Shown in pieces: positions 17,418 to 26,495 of a stretch of 52,506 bases of DNA. A program made the position numbers and the translations under genes. Origin of the DNA: a virus. The stretch lies in the UHGV virus genome UHGV-0041832; one strand, 5' to 3'. The notes below the pieces were generated by a model, which worked only from the letters and a program-made list of their open reading frames with translations, was not told where the DNA came from and did no database searches. Within the stretch, counting starts at the first letter, position 1. Each line of letters starts with the position of its first letter.

Positions 17418-18172
17418 GCAGGGCTAAACATTGGTTAAATAATTGGCTTAGAAGTTGGGTGGTGTGGTCGCTGTACGACGGCAGCGGGTACGCCGTTAAA
17501 GATTGGGCGGAAGCTGGATATAAGTGCTATTGCTTCAACTATGACGGCGCAAATCACGGAGATTATGAAGGCGTTAAAATCATTCATCCAAATATTGAAT
17601 ACGTTAACGTCTGGATTGATAGCCATTTCCTGGTAATGTTCTCCCCTGAATTGTCTGTTTATCCAGAGCCTGACATTATCCTGGGCTTTCCTCCATGCGA
17701 CGATCTCGCTGTGTCAGGCGCTCGCTGGTTCGTTGATAAATACAGGAAAGATCCTTGTTTTCAGAATAGGGCGGCAAGAAACGCAATGTTGGTTGAATCT
17801 CTGGCTAACATGTATAACGTGCCGTGGATGGTGGAGAATCCTGTTGGTGTGCTGTCAACGCTATGGCGTAAACCGGATTTTATCTTCAATCCTTGCGCTT
17901 ACGGTGGCTACCTGCCGGAAGATGACAAGCATCCTGCTTTCCCTGATGTTTACCCACCGCGCGACGCGTACACGAAGAAAACTTGCATATGGTGCGGCAA
18001 CGGATTCAGGCAGCCGCTTTTTAGACCTGTAGATCTTAACTCTGGTGATAACCCTGGGTGGGCGAAAACCGGAGGCAGGACGAAACGAACAAAGATGATC
18101 CGCTCACTAACACCGCGTGGCTTTGCCCGTGCTGTATTCCTGGCTAACCATGACCGCGTTTTATCGGACTGA
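17414..18172 (+). CDS. DNA cytosine-C5 methyltransferase-like protein (divergent motifs)
   Basis: 252 aa; LYDGSGYAV (motif I-like), GFPPCDDLAVSG (PC motif with D replacing canonical Q), MVENPVGVL (ENV motif). Confidence 0.5.
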   Translation: MSRAKHWLNNWLRSWVVWSLYDGSGYAVKDWAEAGYKCYCFNYDGANHGDYEGVKIIHPNIEYVNVWIDSHFLVMFSPELSVYPEPDIILGFPPCDDLAVSGARWFVDKYRKDPCFQNRAARNAMLVESLANMYNVPWMVENPVGVLSTLWRKPDFIFNPCAYGGYLPEDDKHPAFPDVYPPRDAYTKKTCIWCGNGFRQPLFRPVDLNSGDNPGWAKTGGRTKRTKMIRSLTPRGFARAVFLANHDRVLSD

Positions 18173-18174
18173 AG

Positions 18175-18253
18175 TTTACAAAATGGAGTCATTGCGTGAT
18201 ATGGATCACATAATGTCGCTTTTCGCCTTGTTCTGGTGTATCCATTTTGTATA
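18175..18253. repeat. Inverted pair of dispersed motif (TTTACAAAATGGA ... TCCATTTTGTATA)
   Basis: Forward copy 18175-18187, reverse copy 18241-18253, in the gap between the MTase-like gene and ninG. Confidence 0.8.
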
Positions 18254-18522
18254 CTTCAAGCAAACAAAATGCTCTTTAAAAATCCGGCAGCGCTGAAATG
18301 CGTAGAAATCACCTGAAAAGGAGAGAGCATTATGTCTTTTGATGATTACCAATGGCATGACGACTATGAACGAGAAAGCGTTATGCGTGCAATGTGCAAT
18401 GTATGCAGCACGAAGAAAGGAGGCTGTAACGAGTGCAACGAATGCTTAGAACATTGGCTAAGGGCCGGACACGCCGAAAGGCTGAACGAAACAGAGAATC
18501 AAAAATAATCGGGGTGGTTTTT

Positions 18523-19128
18523 ATGCAAAACCCTAAAAAACCCATAAGACGCCGTTGCAAATGCTGCGGCGTTTTTTTTGAGCCTAAATATCACAATCAA
18601 ACGTGGTGCAGCGATGAATGTCTGGAAGAACTGAAGTTTGACCAGCTATGCCGCGACCGTGAGAAGGCTATGAAGGCTATGGAGCGGAAGAAACGCCGTG
18701 ATAGCCAGAGGGAAGAACGCAACCGGAAGCGTAAACAGTTAAATCCGCGTAGTTATTGGATCAAACAAGTTCAAAATGTATTTAACGCCTATATTCGCGA
18801 ACGTGACGCGCGCTTGCCGTGTATATCTTGCGGGACTTACTACGGTGAGCAATGCGGGTGGGATGCAGGTCATTACAGGACGGTAGCCGCCGCCGGACAC
18901 CTTCGCTTCAACGAGGATAATTGCCATAAGCAATGTAGGCACTGCAACCAGACACTAGACGGCAACATCGGAGGGTATCGCCCGGCGCTGATTCGAAAAA
19001 TTGGCCTCGCCAGGGTGGTAGCTCTGGAGAACAACAACGATACGCATAAATGGACGATTGCAGAATGTAAGGAGCTAATAAACATCTATCAGGCGAAATT
19101 GGACGCCTTAAGGAGAAAGGCAGCATGA
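18523..19128 (+). CDS. ninG: NinG (Rap) recombination protein
   Basis: Strong match from memory to lambda NinG (RRRCKxxxCxxxFxP...PRSYWIKQxQ...IRERDxxLPCISCGT...WDAGHYRTxAAAxxLRFNExNxHKQC...HRWTIxECK). ORF track starts at 18433; the ATG at 18523 fits the homologue. Confidence 0.88.
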   Translation: MQNPKKPIRRRCKCCGVFFEPKYHNQTWCSDECLEELKFDQLCRDREKAMKAMERKKRRDSQREERNRKRKQLNPRSYWIKQVQNVFNAYIRERDARLPCISCGTYYGEQCGWDAGHYRTVAAAGHLRFNEDNCHKQCRHCNQTLDGNIGGYRPALIRKIGLARVVALENNNDTHKWTIAECKELINIYQAKLDALRRKAA

Positions 19129-19532
19129 ATGAATATTCTTTTAGCCTGCCTTACCCGCCATCGAATAATCGCTATTACCGACATTCGCGCGGTTTTCACT
19201 ATATCAGCAAAGTGGGGAAGGAATACAGGGAACAAGTAAGAGACATCATCGAGCTATTAAATTTAAATATTAACCTACCTTGCCGACTGGCAATTGCCAT
19301 TTACGCCGCGCCGCCGGATAACCGGATCAGAGATCTGGATAATATCCCTAAATGCCTTTTTGACAGCCTTACTTATGCCGGATTCTGGAGGGATGACGGG
19401 CAAATTGACTCAATAAAAATTGTCCGCTGCCGGAAGGTAAAAGGCGGACGCTTGTTTATTAAGATCCGCGAACGCGGCGACCTACTACCGGATATTGACG
19501 AATACGCGACTAATATGTGGGGTGAGCAATGA
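19125..19532 (+). CDS. rusA: RusA Holliday junction resolvase
   Basis: 135 aa; RusA-like pattern including DLDNIPKCLFDSL. Confidence 0.8.
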   Translation: MNEYSFSLPYPPSNNRYYRHSRGFHYISKVGKEYREQVRDIIELLNLNINLPCRLAIAIYAAPPDNRIRDLDNIPKCLFDSLTYAGFWRDDGQIDSIKIVRCRKVKGGRLFIKIRERGDLLPDIDEYATNMWGEQ

Positions 19533-19711
19533 AAAACGAAGTTAAAGATCTGCAAATAGATATTCAGCGCGACGAGCGTGATTTAGAGACGGTCCGACAA
19601 ATCCAGGCTTTCCACATGCGCGAATTACTTGCGCTGAAAGAGTTCGAAAGAAAGCTGGTGCAATCCATTTCTGATCGTAAACGGCTGGCGGCGCGTTATG
19701 AGGGCAAATAA
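19529..19711 (+). CDS. Hypothetical small coiled-coil protein
   Basis: 60 aa ORF, coupled. Confidence 0.4.
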   Translation: MKNEVKDLQIDIQRDERDLETVRQIQAFHMRELLALKEFERKLVQSISDRKRLAARYEGK

Positions 19712-20439
19712 TGAATTTAGAATCCATTCTAAAATTCCACTTTCCTAAATCACCGCGATTATCTGACGAAAGCCGGGGCACGTCCCCGGACGCTCTTAAT
19801 ACGACGGATGCGCTAACCGCTGCGGGTATGGCGCAATCGCGCGTAGAGCTTGGATATGGCGCTTTTTTAGGGAAGATGGAACTATCACAAGCCGAAAAAC
19901 ATAGGGCCGTAGTTTTGCTTACAGAGCGTTTAAGGGCTATGGCGAAAGATTACGAATACGTGATGGAGTTAAACGAGGATCAGCGCAATGGACTTATTAT
20001 TCTTGTTGCCGTTTTCGCGTTTCGGGATTATTGCCAGAGTGCGGCGACCGAAAAAGTTTGCCCTAAGTGCGGCGGCCACGGGCATTTACCAAATCCATAT
20101 TGCAAATACACATCGACAATTTGTTCGCGGTGCAACGGCAAAGGCTACGTTAAAAACCATTGCCAACGTTGCAAGGGGCGCGGAGAAGTACCGGATAAAG
20201 CAGCCAGTGAAGCGGCGGAAATGCCAGTATTCAAAACGTGCCAGCATTGCGGCGGGCGCGGGTACTCGCGTTTCCCGGTAGATCTCGTCCGGCAGGCCGT
20301 TAACCAGCTTGTTTTCCCGGTAAGCAGATCAACATGGTGGAAGAAATACCGGGTTTTCTATGAAGACGCCATAGCGGAGCTATTCAAAGAAGAGGCCCGC
20401 GCGGAAAGCGAAATTAAACGAGTGACACGGGGTGAATAA
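19711..20439 (+). CDS. Q-like late antiterminator candidate (zinc-finger rich)
   Basis: 242 aa starting MNLESI..., multiple CxxC pairs (CPKCGGHG, CSRCNGKG, CQRCKGRG, CQHCGGRG); position after NinG/RusA as for Q in lambdoid phages. Family assignment from memory, not verified. Confidence 0.55.
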   Translation: MNLESILKFHFPKSPRLSDESRGTSPDALNTTDALTAAGMAQSRVELGYGAFLGKMELSQAEKHRAVVLLTERLRAMAKDYEYVMELNEDQRNGLIILVAVFAFRDYCQSAATEKVCPKCGGHGHLPNPYCKYTSTICSRCNGKGYVKNHCQRCKGRGEVPDKAASEAAEMPVFKTCQHCGGRGYSRFPVDLVRQAVNQLVFPVSRSTWWKKYRVFYEDAIAELFKEEARAESEIKRVTRGE

Positions 20440-20642
20440 TGGACAAGTTAGAAATAAACGATCAGTTTGCCGTTATCTTGTTCGAAGATAAAACGGGCGG
20501 CGCGTGGTGTAAGAAAGTAACTGGTGCAGAAGCGCGATTGATATTGGGTATGGCAAGCGCATTAAACGAAGGCGAATTGCCAGCCGTACCTATTGAGCCT
20601 GTTCACATTTACGGGAGGAATAGAGAAGATGAAAATAATTAA
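20439..20642 (+). CDS. Hypothetical protein (island gene)
   Basis: 67 aa ORF, ATG overlaps upstream stop. Confidence 0.45.
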   Translation: MDKLEINDQFAVILFEDKTGGAWCKKVTGAEARLILGMASALNEGELPAVPIEPVHIYGRNREDENN

Positions 20643-20976
20643 TATCGGGTGGTTATATTGCGAAAACTGCGACGACGACGGCATGGTTGTTAAGACTGAA
20701 AAAGGTTGCGGCTTCTTTTTGTATCAAGGCGATAAGTTTGTTTGTCCGCGATGCGGTGGTCATGGTGAGATAGAAATTATTGAAGATAGTGCTACAGCAC
20801 CAGAGCCGGAGCGCATTGTTCTTGACGAAAAAATAAAAATTCATCCTGATTTATTGCAGCAAATTATCGATCACATATCGGCAGCAGCAATCTATGCAGA
20901 TAATAATTATCAGCGTGAAATGAACGTCAAACGTGCGCTTGAGCAATATTTTAAGGGTGATAGTGATGGCAAATAA
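20629..20976 (+). CDS. Small zinc-ribbon protein
   Basis: CENCDDDG...CPRCGGHG; start at MKIINIG with GAGGAA SD. Confidence 0.45.
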   Translation: MKIINIGWLYCENCDDDGMVVKTEKGCGFFLYQGDKFVCPRCGGHGEIEIIEDSATAPEPERIVLDEKIKIHPDLLQQIIDHISAAAIYADNNYQREMNVKRALEQYFKGDSDGK

Positions 20977-21250
20977 ACACCTGCATTTGAATTTAAAAGG
21001 AGAATACTTCCACGCTATCCGGGCGGGGAAGAAGGTTGAGGAATACCGGCTTTACAATGAATACTGGCGTAAACGCCTGGAGGGGCGGGAGTACACAAGA
21101 TTAATCATTAAATGGGGTTATCCATCGGATGATGAGAAAGACCGGATTATCGTATTGCCTTACATGGGGTACGAAATCAAGTTGATTCAACATCCACTAT
21201 TCGGCCCTGATCCGGTGAAGGTATTCGCAATAAAGTGTGATATTTACTAG
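20966..21250 (+). CDS. Possible PUA-fold (ASCH/DUF3850-like) protein
   Basis: HLHLNLKGEYFHAIRAGKKVEEYR pattern reminiscent of ASCH-like beta-barrels; weak. Confidence 0.35.
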   Translation: MANKHLHLNLKGEYFHAIRAGKKVEEYRLYNEYWRKRLEGREYTRLIIKWGYPSDDEKDRIIVLPYMGYEIKLIQHPLFGPDPVKVFAIKCDIY

Positions 21251-21278
21251 CAATACAGATTTTAAGGTTTGTTGAGCA

Positions 21279-21488
21279 ATGAAAAAAGCTGGCCTGTCAA
21301 TTAGCCGCGTATTGTGCGGTGATGAAAACGAGATCCGCATAGAAATTAAATTTAGCACTGGTAAAGAGATAATTCTTTACACGACACCTGAAAACCTGAC
21401 GCTGGCGCTTACTGGTAAATCTGAAACGCCGTGCAACGTCCGGTTACGCAATATTGAAATTAAGGAATTAAGGAAGGGTGAAAAATGA
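21279..21488 (+). CDS. Hypothetical protein
   Basis: 69 aa ORF. Confidence 0.4.
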   Translation: MKKAGLSISRVLCGDENEIRIEIKFSTGKEIILYTTPENLTLALTGKSETPCNVRLRNIEIKELRKGEK

Positions 21489-21685
21489 AAAGTAGAATGA
21501 AACGCCTGGTAAGAGCTTACGACAAGGCTTTAATGGTTTTTAGTGACCTGCAGCACAATAAACGTGAGCGTCGTAAATGGGCGCGTTTATTTGCTAAAGA
21601 ATGGCACGAAGATGATGCGACAATCGACTGTCAAAGAGACGCAGACGAATTAGCAGATGATAACGTTTACTATATGATGTGGTGA
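21485..21685 (+). CDS. Hypothetical basic protein
   Basis: 66 aa ORF, coupled. Confidence 0.4.
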   Translation: MKSRMKRLVRAYDKALMVFSDLQHNKRERRKWARLFAKEWHEDDATIDCQRDADELADDNVYYMMW

Positions 21686-21689
21686 TAAT

Positions 21690-22055
21690 ATGCAAATAAT
21701 CATTGATTATCTTTGCCATGCTGCAAATACGCTTTTTGGTTTTTATCAACAACCATTCCTGAAAGAATGGGATGAAATGCTAAATGACATCCTCGACAAA
21801 GGATTAATAATGGAGGTTGACAAGTTTACAATCAAATTTAATTATGAGGGTGAAATTTATCTAATTTGGGTCGGGAATAGATGGTATTCATACGGTCATA
21901 TTTATTCAATTGGCGATAAATACATTAAAAGGGGTCAAGAATTCCGACCACGCTTCCGCACAATGCGCCGCCTGCATAACCTGCATATAAATATATTTGA
22001 AGATCAGGAAGCGCGGGAGCTATTCAAAATTTACGGGGGTAAACAATGGAGTTAA
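21690..22055 (+). CDS. Hypothetical protein
   Basis: 121 aa ORF. Confidence 0.45.
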   Translation: MQIIIDYLCHAANTLFGFYQQPFLKEWDEMLNDILDKGLIMEVDKFTIKFNYEGEIYLIWVGNRWYSYGHIYSIGDKYIKRGQEFRPRFRTMRRLHNLHINIFEDQEARELFKIYGGKQWS

Positions 22056-22276
22056 AGATCTGGCAAGCTATCGACGTAGTTGATAATGAATTATCTATGT
22101 TTGCCACTGACGGAAAGCGAGTGGTTATCGCTACATGGACGCACAACCATGATGATATTGTTTTTCGTCGCAAGGCTGCGGAGTGGCTTTTCTCTGATGG
22201 CGGCTACACGATGAACATCGCACAGCTTGCCAGAATGAAGGATGAAAAGCTGGTAGACAGCTACACAACTGCATAG
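22046..22276 (+). CDS. Hypothetical protein
   Basis: 76 aa ORF. Confidence 0.4.
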   Translation: MELKIWQAIDVVDNELSMFATDGKRVVIATWTHNHDDIVFRRKAAEWLFSDGGYTMNIAQLARMKDEKLVDSYTTA

Positions 22277-22286
22277 CGGGGCAAAT

Positions 22287-22520
22287 ATGTGTATCTATGA
22301 ACACAAGCGGGATAAAACCCGCTTTTTTGTTCGTGCTGGCGTGGCTTACCAGTATCACGACTGCGGATATATCGAGGCGCTTGCTTACGATCTGGACTTC
22401 GAACAAGAAAAAGAATGGTTCGATTTCAAAATTTACCGGAAGCGTAAACCGACGCGCGACGAGCGACACGCTATCCGGGACTTTTTAATCAGCATAGACC
22501 GCTGGGAGACAGAGGAATGA
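22287..22520 (+). CDS. Hypothetical protein
   Basis: 77 aa ORF. Confidence 0.4.
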   Translation: MCIYEHKRDKTRFFVRAGVAYQYHDCGYIEALAYDLDFEQEKEWFDFKIYRKRKPTRDERHAIRDFLISIDRWETEE

Positions 22521-22804
22521 GAGCGAAGAAAACAGCAGATCAGAAAGCGTTAGTTATCACTACAACTGATGTGTCGTTATTCACGAAGGGTGAAGAAATA
22601 GATCTTAAATTACTTTTCGGCATGTTTGAGCCACACGAAAAGCCGTGGTTCGTGCATGAAGACAAACAGGGAAATATGCGCGTAGTAGTGCCGGACAAAA
22701 ACAGCGACATATTTTTTGCTATTCCAGACCCGTTACATGACGGTGAATTGCTGGCGGTATTGTTGATCGCTGATGCTGTTACTTATAAAGGGAAAGAAAT
22801 ATGA
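22517..22804 (+). CDS. Hypothetical protein
   Basis: 95 aa ORF, coupled. Confidence 0.4.
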   Translation: MRAKKTADQKALVITTTDVSLFTKGEEIDLKLLFGMFEPHEKPWFVHEDKQGNMRVVVPDKNSDIFFAIPDPLHDGELLAVLLIADAVTYKGKEI

Positions 22805-23028
22805 AAGTTAAATTCTTGCACGATCACGGCTACCCATCATTAAAACGCGTGGTAGGGGAAACGGTAGACGTTGTTCATTCTGATGATGTGACCTGCGTCA
22901 TTTTGGGTAAAGACCTTATCGCTCACGGTGCTGATGATTACTACATTAACCCGGCGTGGTCATATACGTTTAGCCTGGGCGACTTCGTAGGCGATAAGGG
23001 GCGCGGCTTGCAAGTAGTCGAGGGTTAA
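22801..23028 (+). CDS. Small protein, possible member of island paralog family
   Basis: 75 aa ORF. Confidence 0.4.
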   Translation: MKVKFLHDHGYPSLKRVVGETVDVVHSDDVTCVILGKDLIAHGADDYYINPAWSYTFSLGDFVGDKGRGLQVVEG

Positions 23029-23032
23029 TATC

Positions 23033-23248
23033 ATGGACGTTTACGAAGATTTATACCTTCAAACAAATACCAGCACTTTTTATTTTTTGAAAAACGGCGT
23101 CGTATATCGCAGCGATGACGGGGTAATAATGAAAGAGTGGCTATTTAAACGCAAAGACCTACTTGATGACCTGGTTTTTGCCGGGATATTCCGTAAACGT
23201 CCGGCTAACCTGGAAGAAGAAATGCTGATCGACGAGGTATTAAAATGA
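23033..23248 (+). CDS. Hypothetical protein
   Basis: 71 aa ORF. Confidence 0.4.
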   Translation: MDVYEDLYLQTNTSTFYFLKNGVVYRSDDGVIMKEWLFKRKDLLDDLVFAGIFRKRPANLEEEMLIDEVLK

Positions 23249-23490
23249 AAGTGAATTATTTCAGGGCAAAAGACAAGGCAACAGGAAAGCGGGTGGCTAT
23301 CCTGGTTAATGAAGCAAATTATATGTTTGTTCTCCAGCCGTGGTGCATAGCTGACTATAACGATGATTATCGCCGTCACGCTGCGCGGCGGGCGGTCGGG
23401 ATGAAAGGCTGGCAGCCTCGCGACATGCTTAATTACTGCGACTGGAATCTGATAGCAAAATACACGGTCGATTATAAAGGGGTTTTCTGA
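23245..23490 (+). CDS. Hypothetical protein
   Basis: 81 aa ORF. Confidence 0.4.
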   Translation: MKVNYFRAKDKATGKRVAILVNEANYMFVLQPWCIADYNDDYRRHAARRAVGMKGWQPRDMLNYCDWNLIAKYTVDYKGVF

Positions 23491-23702
23491 TGCAAGTTAA
23501 ATGCTCATACTCAAGCAATGACAGTGTTTTCACGATTGGGAGTATTTATGACGTTCACATCGTTTATGGCAATGAAGCACACACAATGAGTAATTGCCTT
23601 GCCTTGATTGATAATCATGACGAAATATGGGTATTCAGGCCGAGCTATGAAGGCGGTGAAATATCCGGTGTAGGTTTTGCTGCCAGCTTTGAACGTTATT
23701 AA
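23490..23702 (+). CDS. Small protein, island paralog family member
   Basis: CSYSSNDSVFTIGSIYDV...ALIDNHDEIWVF shares FxxGxIY...(I/V)xDxxxxxW pattern with neighbours. Confidence 0.45.
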   Translation: MQVKCSYSSNDSVFTIGSIYDVHIVYGNEAHTMSNCLALIDNHDEIWVFRPSYEGGEISGVGFAASFERY

Positions 23703-23712
23703 AGGGGCAACA

Positions 23713-23970
23713 ATGAAACATTTATATTTTGAGGTATTGCAGACGCGCGACCGCAATATTTTTGAAGAAGGGAAGATCTATTGCGGCGTTCAACTCCACG
23801 GCGCACCGGGCGGTGATGGTGCAATGGCGATAACTGGCGATGATGATAAAGTTTATTTCGCTTATGTTAGCCATATCAATAACGCCGCTGGTTTGTATAT
23901 TTATCGCATAGTGCATGATTTCCGTGAGATCGCGGAGTTTTGCGCCCGCGAAGGCAGTAAACCGGAATAA
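23713..23970 (+). CDS. Small protein, island paralog family member
   Basis: IFEEGKIYCGV...AITGDDDKVYFA pattern; start at MKHLYFEV with AAAGGGG SD. Confidence 0.45.
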   Translation: MKHLYFEVLQTRDRNIFEEGKIYCGVQLHGAPGGDGAMAITGDDDKVYFAYVSHINNAAGLYIYRIVHDFREIAEFCAREGSKPE

Positions 23971-23980
23971 GTGAGGTGCT

Positions 23981-24220
23981 ATGAATCGGAAACATAGATA
24001 CCAGTGCACATACTCACGATGCAGCGCGTTTTTTAAGAATGGCAAGATCTACGAGGTTGACGCGGCATTGGTTGACGCAAAGGATCAGGAATATATTCAT
24101 GCCATTACTGACGACCAGGGGCAGTTATGGCGATTTTATAAGATGGGTTGTGGCACGGCGCTTGTTTATGCGCGTGCTGGTGGTGGTGCTTTTGCTGCGT
24201 TTTCGTATGTAGGGGTATGA
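23981..24220 (+). CDS. Small protein, island paralog family member
   Basis: CTYSRCSAFFKNGKIYEV...AITDDQGQLWRF pattern. Confidence 0.45.
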   Translation: MNRKHRYQCTYSRCSAFFKNGKIYEVDAALVDAKDQEYIHAITDDQGQLWRFYKMGCGTALVYARAGGGAFAAFSYVGV

Positions 24221-24441
24221 AAATGATTTTAACGTGTAACGAATCGAAATTGGGCTGTTTTGAGGAAGGCGTACAGTACACGGCTGAAAAACCGATGGGA
24301 TTGTCTCCTAAATTTCCGTTTATCGTCGTGACTGACACTTACGGTCACTTATGGTATGCAGGGCCGCTAGGCGGTATTGGTCGTTATGTTGTCCGTAGTT
24401 CGGATGGGGCGATGAAGGTTACTTTTACGGAAGAAACGTAA
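24217..24441 (+). CDS. Small protein, island paralog family member
   Basis: LTCNESKLGCFEEGVQY...VVTDTYGHLWYA pattern; ATGA overlap with upstream gene. Confidence 0.45.
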   Translation: MKMILTCNESKLGCFEEGVQYTAEKPMGLSPKFPFIVVTDTYGHLWYAGPLGGIGRYVVRSSDGAMKVTFTEET

Positions 24442-24539
24442 ATGTGATCTGTATCACAAGGTTTACGAAATGGCATTGTTTCGGCAGTGCCATTTTGTTA
24501 TAAAGAAGCTGAAGAGAGAACGATGCGGAGGGTAGAAAA

Positions 24540-24818
24540 ATGAAACGCTGGATTAACAAAGAAGTCGAATCTCGCTTAAACGCATTTTGGGAGATGGTGG
24601 AGAAAGAAGACCCAGCACACGCTGCAAGCCCTTACCTGAACAACATCGAATATCACTACATTGCAGCAAACAACGCGGAGTTCGAAGAAGAAGGTGGAGC
24701 CGACAAGTTCGCACAAAGCAACGCATTCAACAACGCAAACGAAATGATGATGGCAGTCATCGAACAGGCAGAGGAAGACTACGAATGCAAATCACTTGAA
24801 TTCGCACGTATGGCATAA
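24540..24818 (+). CDS. Hypothetical acidic protein
   Basis: 92 aa ORF with GGAGGG SD. Confidence 0.45.
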   Translation: MKRWINKEVESRLNAFWEMVEKEDPAHAASPYLNNIEYHYIAANNAEFEEEGGADKFAQSNAFNNANEMMMAVIEQAEEDYECKSLEFARMA

Positions 24819-24828
24819 GGGGGAAACC

Positions 24829-24969
24829 ATGAACGCTAACGCTAAATATCCGGCCTGGGTTTTCGAACTGTACGCAAGATACTTTGAATTACTGGCACAA
24901 GGTGAAGAAGCATTAAGCATTGACGAGTACGCGGAGTGCTTAGGGTTTAAAGGAGACGAAGAAGCATAA
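24829..24969 (+). CDS. Possible 46-aa acidic protein
   Basis: Hand-translated MNANAKYPAWVFELYARYFELLAQGEEALSIDEYAECLGFKGDEEA with AAGGGGG SD. Confidence 0.35.
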   Translation: MNANAKYPAWVFELYARYFELLAQGEEALSIDEYAECLGFKGDEEA

Positions 24970-25012
24970 AACACGGGGCCGGATGGCCCCATCAAATCAG
25001 AAGGGTGTAATC

Positions 25013-25312
25013 ATGAAAAGCGCTAAATTTATTGCTTGCTGTTTTGTTGAAGTTCCTAACGATGATGTTTTCTGTAATTATGAATTTAAAGACAGCTTAG
25101 GCAGATCTCATGTTGTTGTTGGTAAGCGCGGCGACTGGTTATATATCACTGATGGAGACAGGATCTTCACTAAAAACCAGTTGTTAATAATAAAGGCAGA
25201 AAATGATGAAATACCAGTAGGTAATATGGGGATTATGAATTATCACGCTGGTTTATTGTTAAAGCACGATACGGTAAACAAAGCGCGTAGCTTACCTGGT
25301 GCGGAGTTTTAA
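25013..25312 (+). CDS. Small protein, possible island paralog
   Basis: Start at MKSAKF with AAGGG SD; VVVGKRGDWLYITDGDRIF pattern. Confidence 0.4.
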   Translation: MKSAKFIACCFVEVPNDDVFCNYEFKDSLGRSHVVVGKRGDWLYITDGDRIFTKNQLLIIKAENDEIPVGNMGIMNYHAGLLLKHDTVNKARSLPGAEF

Positions 25313-25315
25313 TTT

Positions 25316-25570
25316 ATGGAAATAATCAAAATATGGCGCGGCAACAGTAAGGCTGACGGTGAGTTTTGCCGCGTCGTTCAATTCGTAAATTATGGTAGGT
25401 TTTACGAGCTACCTTATGACAAAAGGAAAGATGATTTCTATTTAAGCGAGTCAATCCCGGTGCACAGAAAAATAAAGGCGCTTAGGGGGTTATTGCGAAG
25501 TGGTTTTTATTCTTGCCCTAACCCATTAAACAATCCTGAACTGGTAGCTATTTTTTACGAAGGAGAATAG
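25316..25570 (+). CDS. Hypothetical protein
   Basis: 84 aa ORF. Confidence 0.4.
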   Translation: MEIIKIWRGNSKADGEFCRVVQFVNYGRFYELPYDKRKDDFYLSESIPVHRKIKALRGLLRSGFYSCPNPLNNPELVAIFYEGE

Positions 25571-25573
25571 ACA

Positions 25574-25897
25574 ATGTCTAAATTTATCAGCGTTAAAGTT
25601 TTCCGTGGCACTTTACCGAACGAAGAAAGATTAGGACAATTTGCCGGGCAACCTAGTGCATGTTTCCGTGTAGCCACTGAAGACGATGCGCATGTTAAAT
25701 GCTTCCACGTATCGGAACCGCCTTTTAATGCAGACCATCTTGAAGACCCGGATAGAATTAAAAGCCTAGTTTTTGCCTATCTGATGTTCCAGGGTATCGC
25801 TAATATGGAAGTGGAATTGCTTGGCGCTGAACTGGCGGCAGAATACAAAGTGACTGAAGGCGAAAACGGAGGGGTGGAAATTGAGCGCATCAAATAA
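25574..25897 (+). CDS. Hypothetical protein
   Basis: 107 aa ORF with AGGAGA SD. Confidence 0.45.
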   Translation: MSKFISVKVFRGTLPNEERLGQFAGQPSACFRVATEDDAHVKCFHVSEPPFNADHLEDPDRIKSLVFAYLMFQGIANMEVELLGAELAAEYKVTEGENGGVEIERIK

Positions 25898-26132
25898 ACC
25901 TTACAAGATCCGGTGTAAAGGCGAATACCCTGGGTTTACGATTGGTTGCGAATACCTGGGCCACATTGGGTACGGCCCTTTCGGTGAGTTAGGGATGAAT
26001 ACGATGGACGACGACGGCGACAGCAGGACGCTTGATCTTGATTCTGATGATTTCGAATACATCCCTCCAGTTACTTACCGTGCCGTTGATGATTTCCTGG
26101 CTGAACATGAAGACGAGGGCGATGATGATTGA
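25881..26132 (+). CDS. Small acidic protein, possible island paralog
   Basis: IRCKGEYPGFTIGCEY...MDDDGDSRTL then poly-acidic tail. Confidence 0.4.
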   Translation: MSASNKPYKIRCKGEYPGFTIGCEYLGHIGYGPFGELGMNTMDDDGDSRTLDLDSDDFEYIPPVTYRAVDDFLAEHEDEGDDD

Positions 26133-26319
26133 ATGCCTTATAGCTGTGATTGTTTTGCTTTATATCGCTGGCGCTATCCTGATGTCTTGTTTTATTAAGT
26201 TTAGCGGAGCTGAACCTGGCGGCCTTGAGATTCCTTTTTGGCCTGTGACTGTGTTTATCGCTTTCTTCGACGCTACGGCAGGGCAGATCAATCGAGCTAT
26301 TAAGGAGCGCAAGAAATGA
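26125..26319 (+). CDS. Small membrane protein (two helices)
   Basis: MIECLIAVIVLLYIAGAILMSCFIKF...PFWPVTVFIAFFDA; overlaps upstream stop. Confidence 0.4.
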   Translation: MIECLIAVIVLLYIAGAILMSCFIKFSGAEPGGLEIPFWPVTVFIAFFDATAGQINRAIKERKK

Positions 26320-26495
26320 TTGAAGATGGGGTGTACGCAACAGTAGTAGACGGGCTGTTTTACCGCGTAGAAGGTGATGATATTCGCATCCGCGTTGGCG
26401 GTGGTGAGTGGGTAGCGCCAATCATTAAGACGACGCGAGAAACAATTAAAATATTTCTTGATGCTGGTGAACTGGTGAGGGTTAGCGACCTATGA
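26316..26495 (+). CDS. Hypothetical 59-aa protein
   Basis: Hand-translated MIEDGVYATVVDGLFYRVEGDD...; ATGA-coupled. Confidence 0.35.
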   Translation: MIEDGVYATVVDGLFYRVEGDDIRIRVGGGEWVAPIIKTTRETIKIFLDAGELVRVSDL

